A stretch of 64,000 nucleotides of DNA from the NCBI RefSeq assembly GCF_056746865.1, contig NZ_CM163382.1; one strand, written 5' to 3'. The notes beneath the pieces were generated by a model. It made no database searches. It worked only from the letters and a program-made list of their open reading frames with translations, and was not told the origin of the DNA. Position 1 is the first letter of the stretch. The number at the start of each line of letters is the position of its first letter. The translations under genes were made by a program, and so were the position numbers. Below, one piece after another: positions 22,896 through 34,038 of this stretch.

Positions 22896-24413
22896 TTATT
22901 TCTGTGGGCGCATCGCTGGGAAGAGAATAACGTCGCGAATAGTATGGCTGTTAGTAAACAGCATAATCATTCGGTCGATACCAATACCCAGACCAGCGGT
23001 TGGCGGCAGACCATATTCCAGCGCAGTCACGTAATCTTCGTCATAGAACATGGCTTCGTCGTCACCTGCAGCTTTAGCGTTAACCTGTTCCTGGAAACGT
23101 TCAGCCTGGTCTTCTGCGTCGTTTAATTCGCTAAAACCATTACCGATTTCACGACCACCGATGAAGAATTCAAAACGGTCGGTGATTTCCGGGTTAACAT
23201 CATTACGGCGTGCCAGCGGTGACACTTCTGCCGGATATTCCGTAATAAAGGTTGGCTGAATCAGATGTGCTTCTGCCACTTCATCAAAGATCTCCGTCAC
23301 AATACGTCCCAGCCCCCAGCTTTTCTCTACCGTAATACCGATAGATTCAGCTAATGCTTTAGCAGCATCAAAATTATCCAGGTCGGCCATATCGGTTTCT
23401 GGACGATATTTTTTGATTGCTTCGCGCATGGTAAGTTTTTCAAACGGTTTGCCGAAATCAAACACATGCTCGCCATAAGTGACTTTAGTGGTACCAAGAA
23501 CCTCTTGTGCCAGGGTGCGGAACAGGGACTCCGTCAGTTCAATCAAATCGTGGTAATCCGCATACGCCATGTAGAGTTCCATCATTGTGAACTCAGGATT
23601 ATGGCGAACAGAAATACCTTCATTACGGAAGTTACGGTTGATTTCGAATACCCGTTCAAAACCGCCTACAACCAGACGTTTCAGATACAGCTCCGGCGCG
23701 ATACGCAGATACATATCTAAATCCAGAGCATTATGATGGGTAATAAACGGGCGAGCAGATGCCCCACCTGGAATTACCTGCATCATCGGGGTTTCTACTT
23801 CCATAAAGCCGCGCGCGACCATGAACTGACGGATAGCGGCCAGAATTTTTGAACGGACAACAAACGTTTGACGGGATTTATCGTTAGCGATGAGGTCCAG
23901 ATAACGTTGACGATAACGGACTTCCTGATCCTGCAGACCATGGAATTTATCTGGTAAAGGACGTAGTGCTTTAGTCAGCAGGCGCAGCTCAGTACAGTGA
24001 ATGGAAAGCTCACCCGTTTGCGTCTTAAACAGCGTACCGCGGGCACCGATAATGTCACCCAGATCCCATTTTTTAAACTGATCGTTATAAACACCTTCTG
24101 GCAGGCTATCTCTTGCAACGTACAGTTGAATACGGCCACCGACATCCTGCAACGTTACAAAGGAGGCTTTCCCCATGATACGACGGGTCATCATTCGGCC
24201 AGCAACCGAGACTTCAATGTTTAAGGATTCCAGTTCCTGGTTATCCTTCGCATCAAACTCTTCGTGCAACTGGTCAGAGGTATGGTCGCGGCGAAAATCA
24301 TTGGGAAACGCCACACCTTGCTGACGCAGTGCCGCCAGTTTTTCGCGGCGATTTCTCAGTTCATCGTTAAAATCAATAGCCTCATTGGCTCCCCGTGTTT
24401 CTCGTTCAGACAT
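22896..24413 (-). CDS. lysU: Lysine--tRNA ligase, inducible (LysU)
   Basis: ORF 22896..24440; start trimmed to [14 protein letters not shown]...; class II aaRS motifs. Confidence 0.95.
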   Translation of the reverse strand: MSERETRGANEAIDFNDELRNRREKLAALRQQGVAFPNDFRRDHTSDQLHEEFDAKDNQELESLNIEVSVAGRMMTRRIMGKASFVTLQDVGGRIQLYVARDSLPEGVYNDQFKKWDLGDIIGARGTLFKTQTGELSIHCTELRLLTKALRPLPDKFHGLQDQEVRYRQRYLDLIANDKSRQTFVVRSKILAAIRQFMVARGFMEVETPMMQVIPGGASARPFITHHNALDLDMYLRIAPELYLKRLVVGGFERVFEINRNFRNEGISVRHNPEFTMMELYMAYADYHDLIELTESLFRTLAQEVLGTTKVTYGEHVFDFGKPFEKLTMREAIKKYRPETDMADLDNFDAAKALAESIGITVEKSWGLGRIVTEIFDEVAEAHLIQPTFITEYPAEVSPLARRNDVNPEITDRFEFFIGGREIGNGFSELNDAEDQAERFQEQVNAKAAGDDEAMFYDEDYVTALEYGLPPTAGLGIGIDRMIMLFTNSHTIRDVILFPAMRPQK

Positions 24414-24649
24414 TTTGGTTCCTCTAAATCCAGCTTTCAATTTAGCGTAGATAAAGAGACAGATCGGTACACTGTATTATCTGCCTCGACTATTAATAAC
24501 TCAGTTTATCTTATCGAAACTAACGCTTACCTCAAGTTGATATCACTAATAAATAACCATCAAAATGGTTTAAATGACTTATTAATCTCAATTTACTAGT
24601 GTGATAAACTGAAAGTTAATTTATTCATAACCAATTGTTTTTACGACAG

Positions 24650-26107
24650 TTAATCGTTGCTCTCCTGTATCATGTTCGTCGGCGTGCTAAACAGAAAACG
24701 GGCAGCAAAGGCCAATACGACGATGATCGCGACACAAGCCAACGTCCACTCTCCCATTTGAGAAAAGAATCGCTGGTAAGCTGCAATTGCCATACCGCTA
24801 ATTTGCGACTCTGTCGTCTGCTGTGCCACTACGCCTGCCAGCCAGTTGGCGACCGCGCCTGTTGCCAGCATATAAATCCCGGTTAATACGCCAGACATTT
24901 TCAGACGCGTGATTTGCGCAATCGCCACCGGGTCAATAAAGAGTTCGGCAAAGCCCATTAGCGCCAGCCCGGATACCATCACGCCCATTGACGCTTGACC
25001 GTCAGCTGCTGCATGTCGGGCATCAAATGCCAACAACATAAAGCCACAAGCCATCAGTAGTAAGCCAAAGGCAAACTTCAGCCAGACGCGCAATGTTGAG
25101 TTGCCGTGACTTTCTGGCGACACCAGCCAGGCCAGAACAACCCCAGCGAGCATCACCGCAATTGCGTTCACCGACTGGAATAGTGCAGTAGGTACTTCAA
25201 TATTGAATGCCTGACGATTCACAAAGCGATCGATAAACAAGCTGATGGTACTGCCGCCCTGTTGTGCCAGTACCCAGAACAACGTCCCGACAAACATCAA
25301 CAATACAATTTGCCAAAGAGCACGGCGGTGTTCGGGGAATTTGATCATCATGCGGGCAATGATTTGTGCGGCAATAAGGCAAACGATCGCCAGCAAATAT
25401 CCGGACCAGTCGTTCTCCAGCAGCAGGGTAAAAAATACTGGGGCTAAACAGAGCATCACCACTAACCAGCTCCATACCGGTAAGGCAAATTTAACGCTAG
25501 TGAGCGCTTTTTTATCCATACTACGCGTGGACTGGAAATGACGATGACCGCTTAAGAAAATCAACAAACCGATAAACATGCCGCCACCCGCAAGGGCAAA
25601 GCCAACATGCCATCCATACCACTGAGCAGCCAGGCCGCAGGCGATGGGGGCGGCGATAGAACCGATATTGCCCGCAGCATACAGCAGCGAAAAACCGCCA
25701 TCACGTCGATGATCGTTCTCGTCGTAGAGCTCGCCAAGCAAACAGCTGATGTTTGATTTGAATAAACCGTAGCCACAAATAATGATTGCCAGCGCCAGAT
25801 ACAGGCTAAAGGTTGTATTTGTATCAATGCCCAGCACCACATGGCCAAGGGTCATTAACAGCGCGCCGGCAATCACTGCAGTGCGGTTGCCGAGCAGGCG
25901 GTCGGCAAGCCAGCCGCCGAGAATAGGGGTAACGTAAACCAGAGAAGCATATGCGCTGAACAGGCTGATGGCATGGTTATCATCAAAACCAAGCTGATGG
26001 GTGAGATAGAGAATGAGTAAGGCACGCATGCCGTAAAAACTGAAGTACTCCCAGATTTGGATCGCCACGATATAGTATATCGCGCGCGGCTGTGAGGGTG
26101 TTTTCAT
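24650..26107 (-). CDS. dtpC: Dipeptide/tripeptide:H+ symporter DtpC (YjdL)
   Basis: 485-aa POT-family ORF; K-12 synteny between lysU and cadA. Confidence 0.93.
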   Translation of the reverse strand: MKTPSQPRAIYYIVAIQIWEYFSFYGMRALLILYLTHQLGFDDNHAISLFSAYASLVYVTPILGGWLADRLLGNRTAVIAGALLMTLGHVVLGIDTNTTFSLYLALAIIICGYGLFKSNISCLLGELYDENDHRRDGGFSLLYAAGNIGSIAAPIACGLAAQWYGWHVGFALAGGGMFIGLLIFLSGHRHFQSTRSMDKKALTSVKFALPVWSWLVVMLCLAPVFFTLLLENDWSGYLLAIVCLIAAQIIARMMIKFPEHRRALWQIVLLMFVGTLFWVLAQQGGSTISLFIDRFVNRQAFNIEVPTALFQSVNAIAVMLAGVVLAWLVSPESHGNSTLRVWLKFAFGLLLMACGFMLLAFDARHAAADGQASMGVMVSGLALMGFAELFIDPVAIAQITRLKMSGVLTGIYMLATGAVANWLAGVVAQQTTESQISGMAIAAYQRFFSQMGEWTLACVAIIVVLAFAARFLFSTPTNMIQESND

Positions 26108-26165
26108 GTGTTCTCCTTATGAGCAAAAAAGGGAAGTGGCAAGCCACTTCCCTTGTACGAGCTAA

Positions 26166-28313
26166 TTATTTTTTGCTTTCTTCTTTCAATACCTTAACGG
26201 TATAGCGGCCATCAGCCTGACGGTATGCACCGTGAATATCGGTTTCAAAGCCCGGATAGTGAGCGCCGATTTCACACAGCATCTGCAGGAACTCCAGAAC
26301 CGGACGGCTTTCTTCGGTGATCATTTCACCCGGCATTACCAGAGGAACTCCCGGCGGATACGGAAGGATCATATTGGCGTTAATACGACCTACCATTTCG
26401 TCGAGGTAAACTTCTTCGGTCATACCGTGCAGCTCTTTCTGGAACGCAGCATACGGAGTCATTACCATCGTCGGCAGCACTTCAAATGCGCGATACATCA
26501 GATCCGGCAGATTGTGGTGAACAATCAGTTTGTGGATATTCTGAGCCAGTTCCTGAATACGCATGTTTTCATAGAATTCAGGATCTTCACGATACAGAGA
26601 CGGCAGCATGTTTTTCACACGCAGGTTCAGGTCGAACGCACGTTTGAAGTCAGTCAGAGCACGCAGCAGGCTCAGTGCTTTGGTCTTATCGATACCGATG
26701 CTGAACAGGAACAGCAGGTTATACGGACCGGTTTTCTCAACAACGATGCCATGTTCGTCGAGGTATTTCGCCACGATGCTGGCCGGAATACCAAAGTCGC
26801 TCATGGTGCCGTCTTTTTCCATCCCCGGAGTCAGCAGGGTGACTTTGATCGGGTCAAGATACATGTGCTCGTTATCGATATTTTTGAAGCCGTGCCAGGT
26901 GCTGTCAGAACGCAGCGGCCAGCATTCAGTCGTATCGATATGATCCGGCTGCCATACATCAAAGAACCAGCCATCAGATTCCGTTCTCAGGCGTTTGATC
27001 TCTTTACGGAATTTGATCGCACGTTCAATGGAACCGTTGATCAGACGCTTACCAGCATTACCTTTCATCATCGCCGCAGCGGTTTCAGTGGACGCCACGA
27101 TACCGTAGTGCGGAGAAGTGGTGGTGTGCATCATGTAGGCTTCGTTAAAGGTTTCTTCGTTTACGTCACCTTTAACGTGGATCATGGAAGCCTGAGAGAA
27201 TGCCGCCAGCAGTTTGTGAGTGGACTGGGTTTCGTAAATCACTTTCCCTTCTACACGGCCACCGCTCATACCGCATTTACCTTCGTAAATCGGTGAGAAG
27301 TTGGTGTAAGGCACCCACGCGGAGTCAAAGTGGATGGATTTGACATCCAGTGTTTTCTTGATGAAGTCGGTGTTGTACAGCAGACCATCATAGGTAGAGT
27401 TAGTAATTACAGCATGTACCGGCCAGGTTGCGTTTGGTGTTTCTTTCACGCGCTTAGCAATGGTAGCGTGCTGGAATTCACTCTGTGGGATACCACCAAG
27501 AATACCGTAAGCGTTACGGGTCGGGCGGAAATAGATTGGCGTAACATCGCTCATCATCATCAGGTGGGTCAGCGATTTGTGGCAGTTACGGTCAATCAGA
27601 ATGGTGCTGCCTGCCGGAGCTGAGTACATACCAACAATTTTGTTCGCAGTGGAAGTACCGTTGGTCACCATGTAGCTGCGGTCTGCGTTAAAGACGCGAG
27701 CGATATACTGTTCTGCTTCTTTGTGTGGACCACTGTGATCCAGCAGAGAACCCAGTTCAGATACTGAAATGGAAATATCAGATTTCATGGTGTTCGGACC
27801 AAAGAAATCATAGAACAGGCTACCTACTGGGCTTTTCTGGAATGCAGTACCGCCCATGTGACCAGGAGTACAGAAAGTATATTTACCTTCACGAACATAT
27901 TTAAACAGTGCTTTGGTCAGCGGAGGCAGAATAGTGTTGATATATTCGTCAGTGGTCTGCTTGATCTTGTTAGCAATATCTTCAGCAGCACCCAGCGCAT
28001 ATTCAAAGAAGCTAATCTGTAAACGCAGGTCATTCAGGCTTACATCGAGAGTGGAATACGTATTAGCGAACGCGTACAACGGCAGGTTCTCGTTCATTTT
28101 GCTAATTTCTTCGCACAGCTCGAGATTATATTTATCCCAGTCAAAAATAACGCCGCACAGACGCGCATTGTTTTCGATCAGTTTTAATAAGTCGTCACGG
28201 TCGTTCGGGTAAACAATCTGGAAGTTCAGACGTTCAAGCGCGCGATGAAGTTCACGGATGGGTTCTTCTTTAAAATAAACCCCCATGTGATTCAATATTG
28301 CAATAACGTTCAT
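26166..28313 (-). CDS. cadA: Inducible lysine decarboxylase CadA
   Basis: ORF 26166..28352; start trimmed to MNVIAILNHMGVYFK... (715 aa); PLP decarboxylase. Confidence 0.95.
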   Translation of the reverse strand: MNVIAILNHMGVYFKEEPIRELHRALERLNFQIVYPNDRDDLLKLIENNARLCGVIFDWDKYNLELCEEISKMNENLPLYAFANTYSTLDVSLNDLRLQISFFEYALGAAEDIANKIKQTTDEYINTILPPLTKALFKYVREGKYTFCTPGHMGGTAFQKSPVGSLFYDFFGPNTMKSDISISVSELGSLLDHSGPHKEAEQYIARVFNADRSYMVTNGTSTANKIVGMYSAPAGSTILIDRNCHKSLTHLMMMSDVTPIYFRPTRNAYGILGGIPQSEFQHATIAKRVKETPNATWPVHAVITNSTYDGLLYNTDFIKKTLDVKSIHFDSAWVPYTNFSPIYEGKCGMSGGRVEGKVIYETQSTHKLLAAFSQASMIHVKGDVNEETFNEAYMMHTTTSPHYGIVASTETAAAMMKGNAGKRLINGSIERAIKFRKEIKRLRTESDGWFFDVWQPDHIDTTECWPLRSDSTWHGFKNIDNEHMYLDPIKVTLLTPGMEKDGTMSDFGIPASIVAKYLDEHGIVVEKTGPYNLLFLFSIGIDKTKALSLLRALTDFKRAFDLNLRVKNMLPSLYREDPEFYENMRIQELAQNIHKLIVHHNLPDLMYRAFEVLPTMVMTPYAAFQKELHGMTEEVYLDEMVGRINANMILPYPPGVPLVMPGEMITEESRPVLEFLQMLCEIGAHYPGFETDIHGAYRQADGRYTVKVLKEESKK

Positions 28314-28392
28314 AGTCATATCTCCAGGTAAAAAAGGCCCCTCCCAACACATGGGACAAAATGAAAGGAGGAGCCTCGGAAAATACTTTTAA

Positions 28393-29727
28393 TTAATGTG
28401 CGTTAGACGCTGTGTGGTTATCCATTGAGTGGCTCTGGCGCTCGTGCATTTTGCGAGCGTAGAACATCAGGATAATCAGGCTGACGATGAAGGTACCTGC
28501 CAGCTCGAAGGAGCTTGCGCCCATCAGCGCGATGAAGCAGAACACGCAACCCAGTACAGAGCAGATCAGGCTGACAAAGTTGCGGATGTTAACGCCTTCA
28601 AAACGAATCAGGTCAACGCAAGAGTAGAAGTACGGCAGCATAGTCAGCAGTACTGCGATACCGGTCAGTTCACCGAACAGGTCAGATGCTTTACCACCGG
28701 CAGAGTTCATCAGAGTGATGAGGATCATCAGGGCAGTCATTTTCACTGCAGCCAGCAGCAGACCTTTTTTCGGAATACCGTTGCTGTCGACTTCACCATA
28801 AACTTTCGGGAAGTTACCGTCGTTAGCGGCACGTACACCTGCCTGGCCTACCAACATCATCCAGGAGCCCAGAGAAGTCAGGCACGCAAAGGCGGTGAAT
28901 GCAGAAACCAGCGGCGCAGCCCAGTTACCGAGGATAGTTGAAGCACTGATTGCAAACGGAGCACCGGAAGCTGCCATTACAGAAGACGGATACATACCGG
29001 AAAGCACCTGAGTCGCAGCGATGTAAACAATACCTGCTAAACCAGTACCCAGCATGGTTGCCAGCGGAACGGTACGTTTCGGGTTTTTAACCATACCAGT
29101 ACTTACTGCTGCGGATTCAACACCCACGAAGGCCCACAGGCAGAGCAGAATACTTTTAATGATCGCATGACCATCGGTGGTATCCGCAGTATTCCAGTTA
29201 GCAGCATAAGTCGCAGCATCAAACCAATGCCAGCCAACAATAGCTGTCATTACCACAGGAATAAGAACCAGCACCAGACCAATAGTGGTTAAACGGCTTA
29301 CCCAGGTACCGCCGAGCATATTTACAAAGGTAAATACCCAGACGATAGCAATACAGGCGATACCCGCCGGAACAGGATCATTTAATACTGGGAAGAAGGT
29401 GGAAAGATAAGATACAGCGGTAATACCAATCGCCAGGTTACCAATCCAGTTAGCATGGTAATAAAGAACACCTGTCTGAAAACCAAATGCAGGGGAAATT
29501 TCTCCGGCATAAGCAATTGGGCCACCTTGTTGCGGGTTTTTTGTTGCCAGTCGGGCATATACATACGCCAGCGACATTGCACCAATAATAGAGATAATCC
29601 AACCCCAGATAGCAATACCACCGATACTTGCTAGGTTCGCAGGTAATAATGCAATACCGCTCCCCATCATATTACCGGCAACAACACCGGTACAGGCAAA
29701 TAGCCCGATCTTCTTGGCAGAACTCAT
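28393..29727 (-). CDS. cadB: Lysine:cadaverine antiporter CadB
   Basis: 444-aa APC-family ORF upstream of cadA. Confidence 0.95.
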   Translation of the reverse strand: MSSAKKIGLFACTGVVAGNMMGSGIALLPANLASIGGIAIWGWIISIIGAMSLAYVYARLATKNPQQGGPIAYAGEISPAFGFQTGVLYYHANWIGNLAIGITAVSYLSTFFPVLNDPVPAGIACIAIVWVFTFVNMLGGTWVSRLTTIGLVLVLIPVVMTAIVGWHWFDAATYAANWNTADTTDGHAIIKSILLCLWAFVGVESAAVSTGMVKNPKRTVPLATMLGTGLAGIVYIAATQVLSGMYPSSVMAASGAPFAISASTILGNWAAPLVSAFTAFACLTSLGSWMMLVGQAGVRAANDGNFPKVYGEVDSNGIPKKGLLLAAVKMTALMILITLMNSAGGKASDLFGELTGIAVLLTMLPYFYSCVDLIRFEGVNIRNFVSLICSVLGCVFCFIALMGASSFELAGTFIVSLIILMFYARKMHERQSHSMDNHTASNAH

Positions 29728-29900
29728 GCTCTTCTCCTAATTTCATTTTTGAATTTGGAGTCCGGGTCATGATGTATAACTATTTCCTGACCAGACCAAA
29801 CTGGCGCTAAGAATACTCACGAAAAAAGGATTAATCCTAAAGATTAGGTGAAATAACACAAAAGTTTCTGTAAGTGAGAACTTGAGGTTTTTTATTAACA
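29728..29900 (-). promoter_or_regulatory. Pcad promoter region (CadC binding sites expected)
   Basis: AT-rich region immediately upstream of cadB within the cadC-cadB intergenic space; inferred from known operon architecture. Confidence 0.45.
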
Positions 29901-30092
29901 CATCAGGATCGCAAGTTGATATCATGAAAAGATAAACATTCAATGTTTACAATGGATTGCGGGATATTTTCTGGTTAAATTTATGTAATAAAAATTATGC
30001 GGCAAATAAATTGCCGCAACATATTATACCAACAGGAACATACAAAAACTCAACAACAAATATTGCCGAGCATAAATCAACCCGGGAGTTAC

Positions 30093-31631
30093 TTATTCTG
30101 AAGCGAGAAATTTGTCGAGATAAGGTACAACATAAGGAACAGAAGTCTGGAATATACCATTTTCAATCCAGTAAAGGGTGTTTGCCCCTGGGCGTAAATT
30201 AAAGGCGGTGAGATATGCATCAGCTGCTTCCCGGTTCATCCCCTTCATTTCATAAACCTTGCCAAGCAATACATAATTTAGCCAGGACATTTCAAGATCA
30301 ATGCCAGTATTTATCGCCTGATAAGACTCATCTGTTTTACCTTTTACCAGAGCACTGACCGCTTTTATTTGATATATAATGGACAGGTTATTCAATTCCG
30401 GTAGTGTAACAATGTTATCTATTTCTGTGTTCAGTGCTGCTAATTGTTTTTCATCTAAAGGATGTTGAGAATGGCGCACGATATCAACTAATGCTTTTTC
30501 TGCTCTCGCGTAGGTAAATTCTGGGGATGATTGAACAATCTCACCCAATAATTCACTGGCACGGTTCAATGATTTATCATCGCCATGCAGTAAATAATCA
30601 TGTGCCTGATAAAAATTAGTTAATAACGCACCACGATGAGGCAAAATTTGCTGGAGCATCTCCTGCATTCGTTGTGGCCACGGTTGGTTTAACGCTTTTG
30701 ATAAACTCTCCAGTAAATCATTTTGAATCGCCAGCTGATTACCGTTAGTGATGACATAACGTTTATCCAGCATGGTTGAACCATCTGCATTGTCTACCAA
30801 TTTTACCGACATAAAGCATTGTTGAGCACGGTATTGGCGCTGATTAACAAACGCAATAGATAATGTTTTACCGGAACTGCTCGGTTCATCAATGTTGTAG
30901 TTGATTTTGTCATGCACCATAAAGGTGGAGAAGGTGTTAAGTGATGTCGCCACCAAATCACCCACGCCTATCGCGTAAGAGAGCTGATACGGGGAACTCC
31001 AGCTGTTACAACTTTTATTTACCATATTAATGTCAATATCGCGTGGATTGAGCAAAATACGCGATTTGCTCATCGGAAGACGTGTATCAAGACTTGAAAA
31101 CGCTACCAGTGCTACACAGATACCTAACGACAACAGGAAAAAAAACCATACCCAAAAGGTAGTGAATCGTTTGCTTTTAACAGGGGATTGTTCAGGTGGT
31201 GTTGCGGTGTTTTGAATGTTAAGACTGTGGGAGGGAGAATCTGTGTCAGGAACCGCCTCTGGTATAGGGGGAGGCGAAGATAGCATTATTTCCTCTCCCT
31301 CTTCTTCGCTGTACCAGATAACCGGCACCATTAATTTATAGCCGCGCTTTGGTACAGTAGCGATATAGACAGGACTATCTTCATCATTATCTTTTAATGA
31401 CTTACGTAGTTCTGAGATACTCTGCGTCACAACGTGATTGGTGACAATACTTCTCTTCCAGACATTATCGATAAGTTCATCCCTGCTAAGTACTTCGCCA
31501 CTGTGTTGAGCAAAGAAAACCAGAAGATCGATTAATCTCGGCTCAAGGGTAAGTTGACGCCCATTGCGGCTAATTTGGTTTATGGACGGAGTAACAAGCC
31601 ATTCGCCAACGCGAACTACAGGTTGTTGCAT
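30093..31631 (-). CDS. cadC: Membrane-integrated transcriptional activator CadC (ToxR-like)
   Basis: 512-aa ORF: N-terminal winged-helix DNA-binding domain, single TM, periplasmic sensor. Confidence 0.95.
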   Translation of the reverse strand: MQQPVVRVGEWLVTPSINQISRNGRQLTLEPRLIDLLVFFAQHSGEVLSRDELIDNVWKRSIVTNHVVTQSISELRKSLKDNDEDSPVYIATVPKRGYKLMVPVIWYSEEEGEEIMLSSPPPIPEAVPDTDSPSHSLNIQNTATPPEQSPVKSKRFTTFWVWFFFLLSLGICVALVAFSSLDTRLPMSKSRILLNPRDIDINMVNKSCNSWSSPYQLSYAIGVGDLVATSLNTFSTFMVHDKINYNIDEPSSSGKTLSIAFVNQRQYRAQQCFMSVKLVDNADGSTMLDKRYVITNGNQLAIQNDLLESLSKALNQPWPQRMQEMLQQILPHRGALLTNFYQAHDYLLHGDDKSLNRASELLGEIVQSSPEFTYARAEKALVDIVRHSQHPLDEKQLAALNTEIDNIVTLPELNNLSIIYQIKAVSALVKGKTDESYQAINTGIDLEMSWLNYVLLGKVYEMKGMNREAADAYLTAFNLRPGANTLYWIENGIFQTSVPYVVPYLDKFLASE

Positions 31632-32211
31632 AATAGAAACTCATTCGAAAAGGGAATGATGCAATGATAATTGCCACAACCTATTTTTACCATCTATAGA
31701 TGGGTTTATTTACATATTATTGGTGAATGCAAGACGTTATTTTTACCAGCCATAAACTTCTTGATCACATAGTATTACGAAAGGATTTTACTGAGAACCA
31801 GAAGTAATATTCCTTACCATCAAAATTCATCATCTTTGCCAAAGAAAAATGTTCAGAAAATAATCCATGGAAAATTGCCCGGAGCGCTTACTATTTTTAT
31901 GGATTGTTAGTCTTTGCATGAGCAAGCGGACTGATACATTTCTCTTTGTTCTCATTCAGAAAATCTCATCAGTCGGCGTTCTGCCCGAGGTTGTGCTTTA
32001 TGGATGCGTTACGCTCCTGATGACGTCATTTGACGTTCAACAGCATCACGGGGCCGCGCGACATTTCACGTCAGTCAGTGCTATCGCTCAGGAACAAATT
32101 TTCCCGAATTGGGATATGCCCGCAAATTGCTGGTGATGTGGGGAGAATCTGGTTGAGTTCGGTAGAAATGATTTTTAGGCAGAACGCTTAAATTGTGGCG
32201 TCCTGAAACGA

Positions 32212-32238
32212 AAAACGGACCTCCGTGGAGGTCCGTTT
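32212..32238 (-). terminator. Rho-independent terminator downstream of tRNA-Phe 3' end (native chromosomal flank)
   Basis: Perfect hairpin aaacggacctcc/ggaggtccgttt followed on the minus strand by a T-rich run, placed directly 3' of the tRNA-Phe terminal nucleotides. Confidence 0.5.
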
Positions 32239-32247
32239 ATATGAATT

Positions 32248-32266
32248 TGGTGCCCGGACTCGGAAT
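32248..32266 (-). repeat. 19-nt 3'-terminal fragment of tRNA-Phe (att-site direct repeat, distal island junction)
   Basis: tggtgcccggactcggaat is the reverse complement of the 3' end of E. coli tRNA-Phe (…ATTCCGAGTCCGGGCACCA); sequence diverges from the tRNA body at 32267, so no intact tRNA is present here. Confidence 0.8.
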
Positions 32267-32513
32267 GAAACTGGTTATATAACCAATTGTTTTGTATCGA
32301 CTGTTTTATCCTTGTTCTTTTTGGGGCCACCAATGAGGCCCCCATGTGCAATTCGAATTCTTTTGACGCTATAATCCCTCTTTTTTGTGCTTTGTTGTAA
32401 TCATTTTGTCTGGTTCGATATGCTGAATCGCGGAATCGAAGTAACAACAAAATACAGAGATTTATAAAATACCTGGCTACCTGTGTTAGGGAGCGTTAAC
32501 GCACAGATTTTGT

Positions 32514-32840
32514 TTATGGCTGCCAGAAATGATCTGATGGTTTGTCGTCTGGCTCTGCAAGTACCCTGTTGATATCCCGGGAACCATGAACGATACGTTC
32601 GATACGAACTTCAGTATCCAGTACCCTGAACAGCAGAAGGTAACGACCATACGAACAACCTCTGATCCCAGCCCCTAACTCGGGTCTTTCTCTGTAGAGT
32701 ACTGGCGATTCGGCTATCAACAGACATTGTTGGTAAAGCTCTTCGGTAAAACTGATTGCACGGACAGGATTATCCTGAGCGATCCAGTCACCTATAGCTT
32801 CAAGATCGTGTTCTGCTAATGGTGAAACAGTCAGTTTCAT
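32514..32840 (-). CDS. parE: Type II toxin, ParE/RelE family
   Basis: 108-aa ORF with ParE-like conserved C-terminal region (…RIERIVHGSRD); 4-bp overlap with upstream antitoxin gene. Confidence 0.85.
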   Translation of the reverse strand: MKLTVSPLAEHDLEAIGDWIAQDNPVRAISFTEELYQQCLLIAESPVLYRERPELGAGIRGCSYGRYLLLFRVLDTEVRIERIVHGSRDINRVLAEPDDKPSDHFWQP

Positions 32841-33100
32841 ATTGGCTGTTCACCTTCTGCCATCTTTTTGTATTTGTGCGTCAGTCGCCCGAATACCTCT
32901 TCAGCACTTTTACTTTCACCGCTGTTGATGCCTGCGGTCACGGCGCTCTGGAGTGATTCAAGCTTTATCTGCTGTTCCCGTTCTTCCAGAGCACGAAGTC
33001 CGGCACGAATGACTTCACTTGTATTGTTATACCGACCACTTTCTATTTGTTCGCGGATAAACGTTTCAAAGTAAGGACTGAGGGATACACTGGTAGGCAT
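32837..33100 (-). CDS. parD: Type II antitoxin, ParD family (ribbon-helix-helix)
   Basis: 87-aa ORF MPTSVSLSPYFETFIREQIESGRYNNTSEVIRAGLRALEEREQQ..., typical ParD/COG3609 signature. Confidence 0.85.
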   Translation of the reverse strand: MPTSVSLSPYFETFIREQIESGRYNNTSEVIRAGLRALEEREQQIKLESLQSAVTAGINSGESKSAEEVFGRLTHKYKKMAEGEQPI

Positions 33101-33171
33101 GGTGATTTTCTCGCCGATTGATTACTATCAATTAATAATAGTTAATATTCGCGAATTGTAAAATACCTCTT

Positions 33172-34038
33172 TTATGCCTTGCGGCTTTTGTTCACTGTGC
33201 TTGCCAGGGCTTCCGAGTAGTGTCTGGCAATAATATCATTAAGCCTGTCAACCAGTTCTGGTTTCCTGAACGTGATGTGCGCGGAGCCCTTCTTAAAGTA
33301 TCTGATGCTGAACATCTCATCTTCATAGTCCTCTTTACCCTGAACAGACTGGATGTGGTCATCCAGATGAATGGTGATGTTTTCCCGGTTGTCGGGGATC
33401 GGTTTGCCGCTGAACAGATACAGCATTCTTTCCAGGTCGGCAAGTCGATCTGCCTGTTGCCCGGTGATAAGATGAAACCCCCACCGGTCCCACCTCACCA
33501 GGTTGTTGACGATAATTTTACTGCCAAATTTACAGGGTGAATTGTTTTCGTAATTCCAGCTCAGTCCCCTGAAAACATTGATCACCCCACGCTCAAACAC
33601 TTCATCTTTGTTCTGGTGCAGTTGTTCAAATGTGCTCAGAATGTTCGCTTCACTGATTTCCGGAAAATTATCGTATTCCAGTGACCGGTACCATGTATCA
33701 CGGGCCTGCGCATCCATTAATGACAGCATCCCGGAACGTTGCATCAGGTCACGCCAGATTTCGCGATCGAGATTGCGGGTGATGGCTTTCATTGCTGTTT
33801 CCGGTTTATCCATCAGCCAGCAGCCACAGCGAAAATCCTGTTTCATGGCCCAGTCCCGGGCGGTTTTACCTCCAATGCTTTCCGTCAGAACTGAGATTTC
33901 AGTCAGTTGCCGGATAAGTGTGTCGATTTGCAGCAGTGTACTCTTTCGTACAGCCAGAATGTGGCGGATACTGGTTGAGCAGATAACGTCCGTATGCCCG
34001 TTGACCACTTCCGGACGGGAGGCTGTGATATCAGACAT
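33172..34038 (-). CDS. Island-associated hypothetical protein (DUF4942-like)
   Basis: 288-aa ORF with good coding character; family assignment from recalled gene context downstream of cbtA-type modules, not verified. Confidence 0.6.
   Translation of the reverse strand: MSDITASRPEVVNGHTDVICSTSIRHILAVRKSTLLQIDTLIRQLTEISVLTESIGGKTARDWAMKQDFRCGCWLMDKPETAMKAITRNLDREIWRDLMQRSGMLSLMDAQARDTWYRSLEYDNFPEISEANILSTFEQLHQNKDEVFERGVINVFRGLSWNYENNSPCKFGSKIIVNNLVRWDRWGFHLITGQQADRLADLERMLYLFSGKPIPDNRENITIHLDDHIQSVQGKEDYEDEMFSIRYFKKGSAHITFRKPELVDRLNDIIARHYSEALASTVNKSRKA

Noticed and set aside
26232-27296. 354-aa ORF on the plus strand inside cadA
   Set aside because: Antisense shadow of cadA; no RBS context and no recognisable protein features.
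31867-32136. 89-aa ORF between cadC and the tRNA-Phe fragment
   Set aside because: No RBS, unusual composition and no family resemblance; lies in native intergenic DNA and is more likely non-coding.
32248-32266. Possible intact tRNA-Phe gene
   Set aside because: Only the terminal 19 nt match tRNA-Phe; the sequence to the right does not continue as the T-arm or anticodon arm, so this is an att-site fragment, not a tRNA gene.
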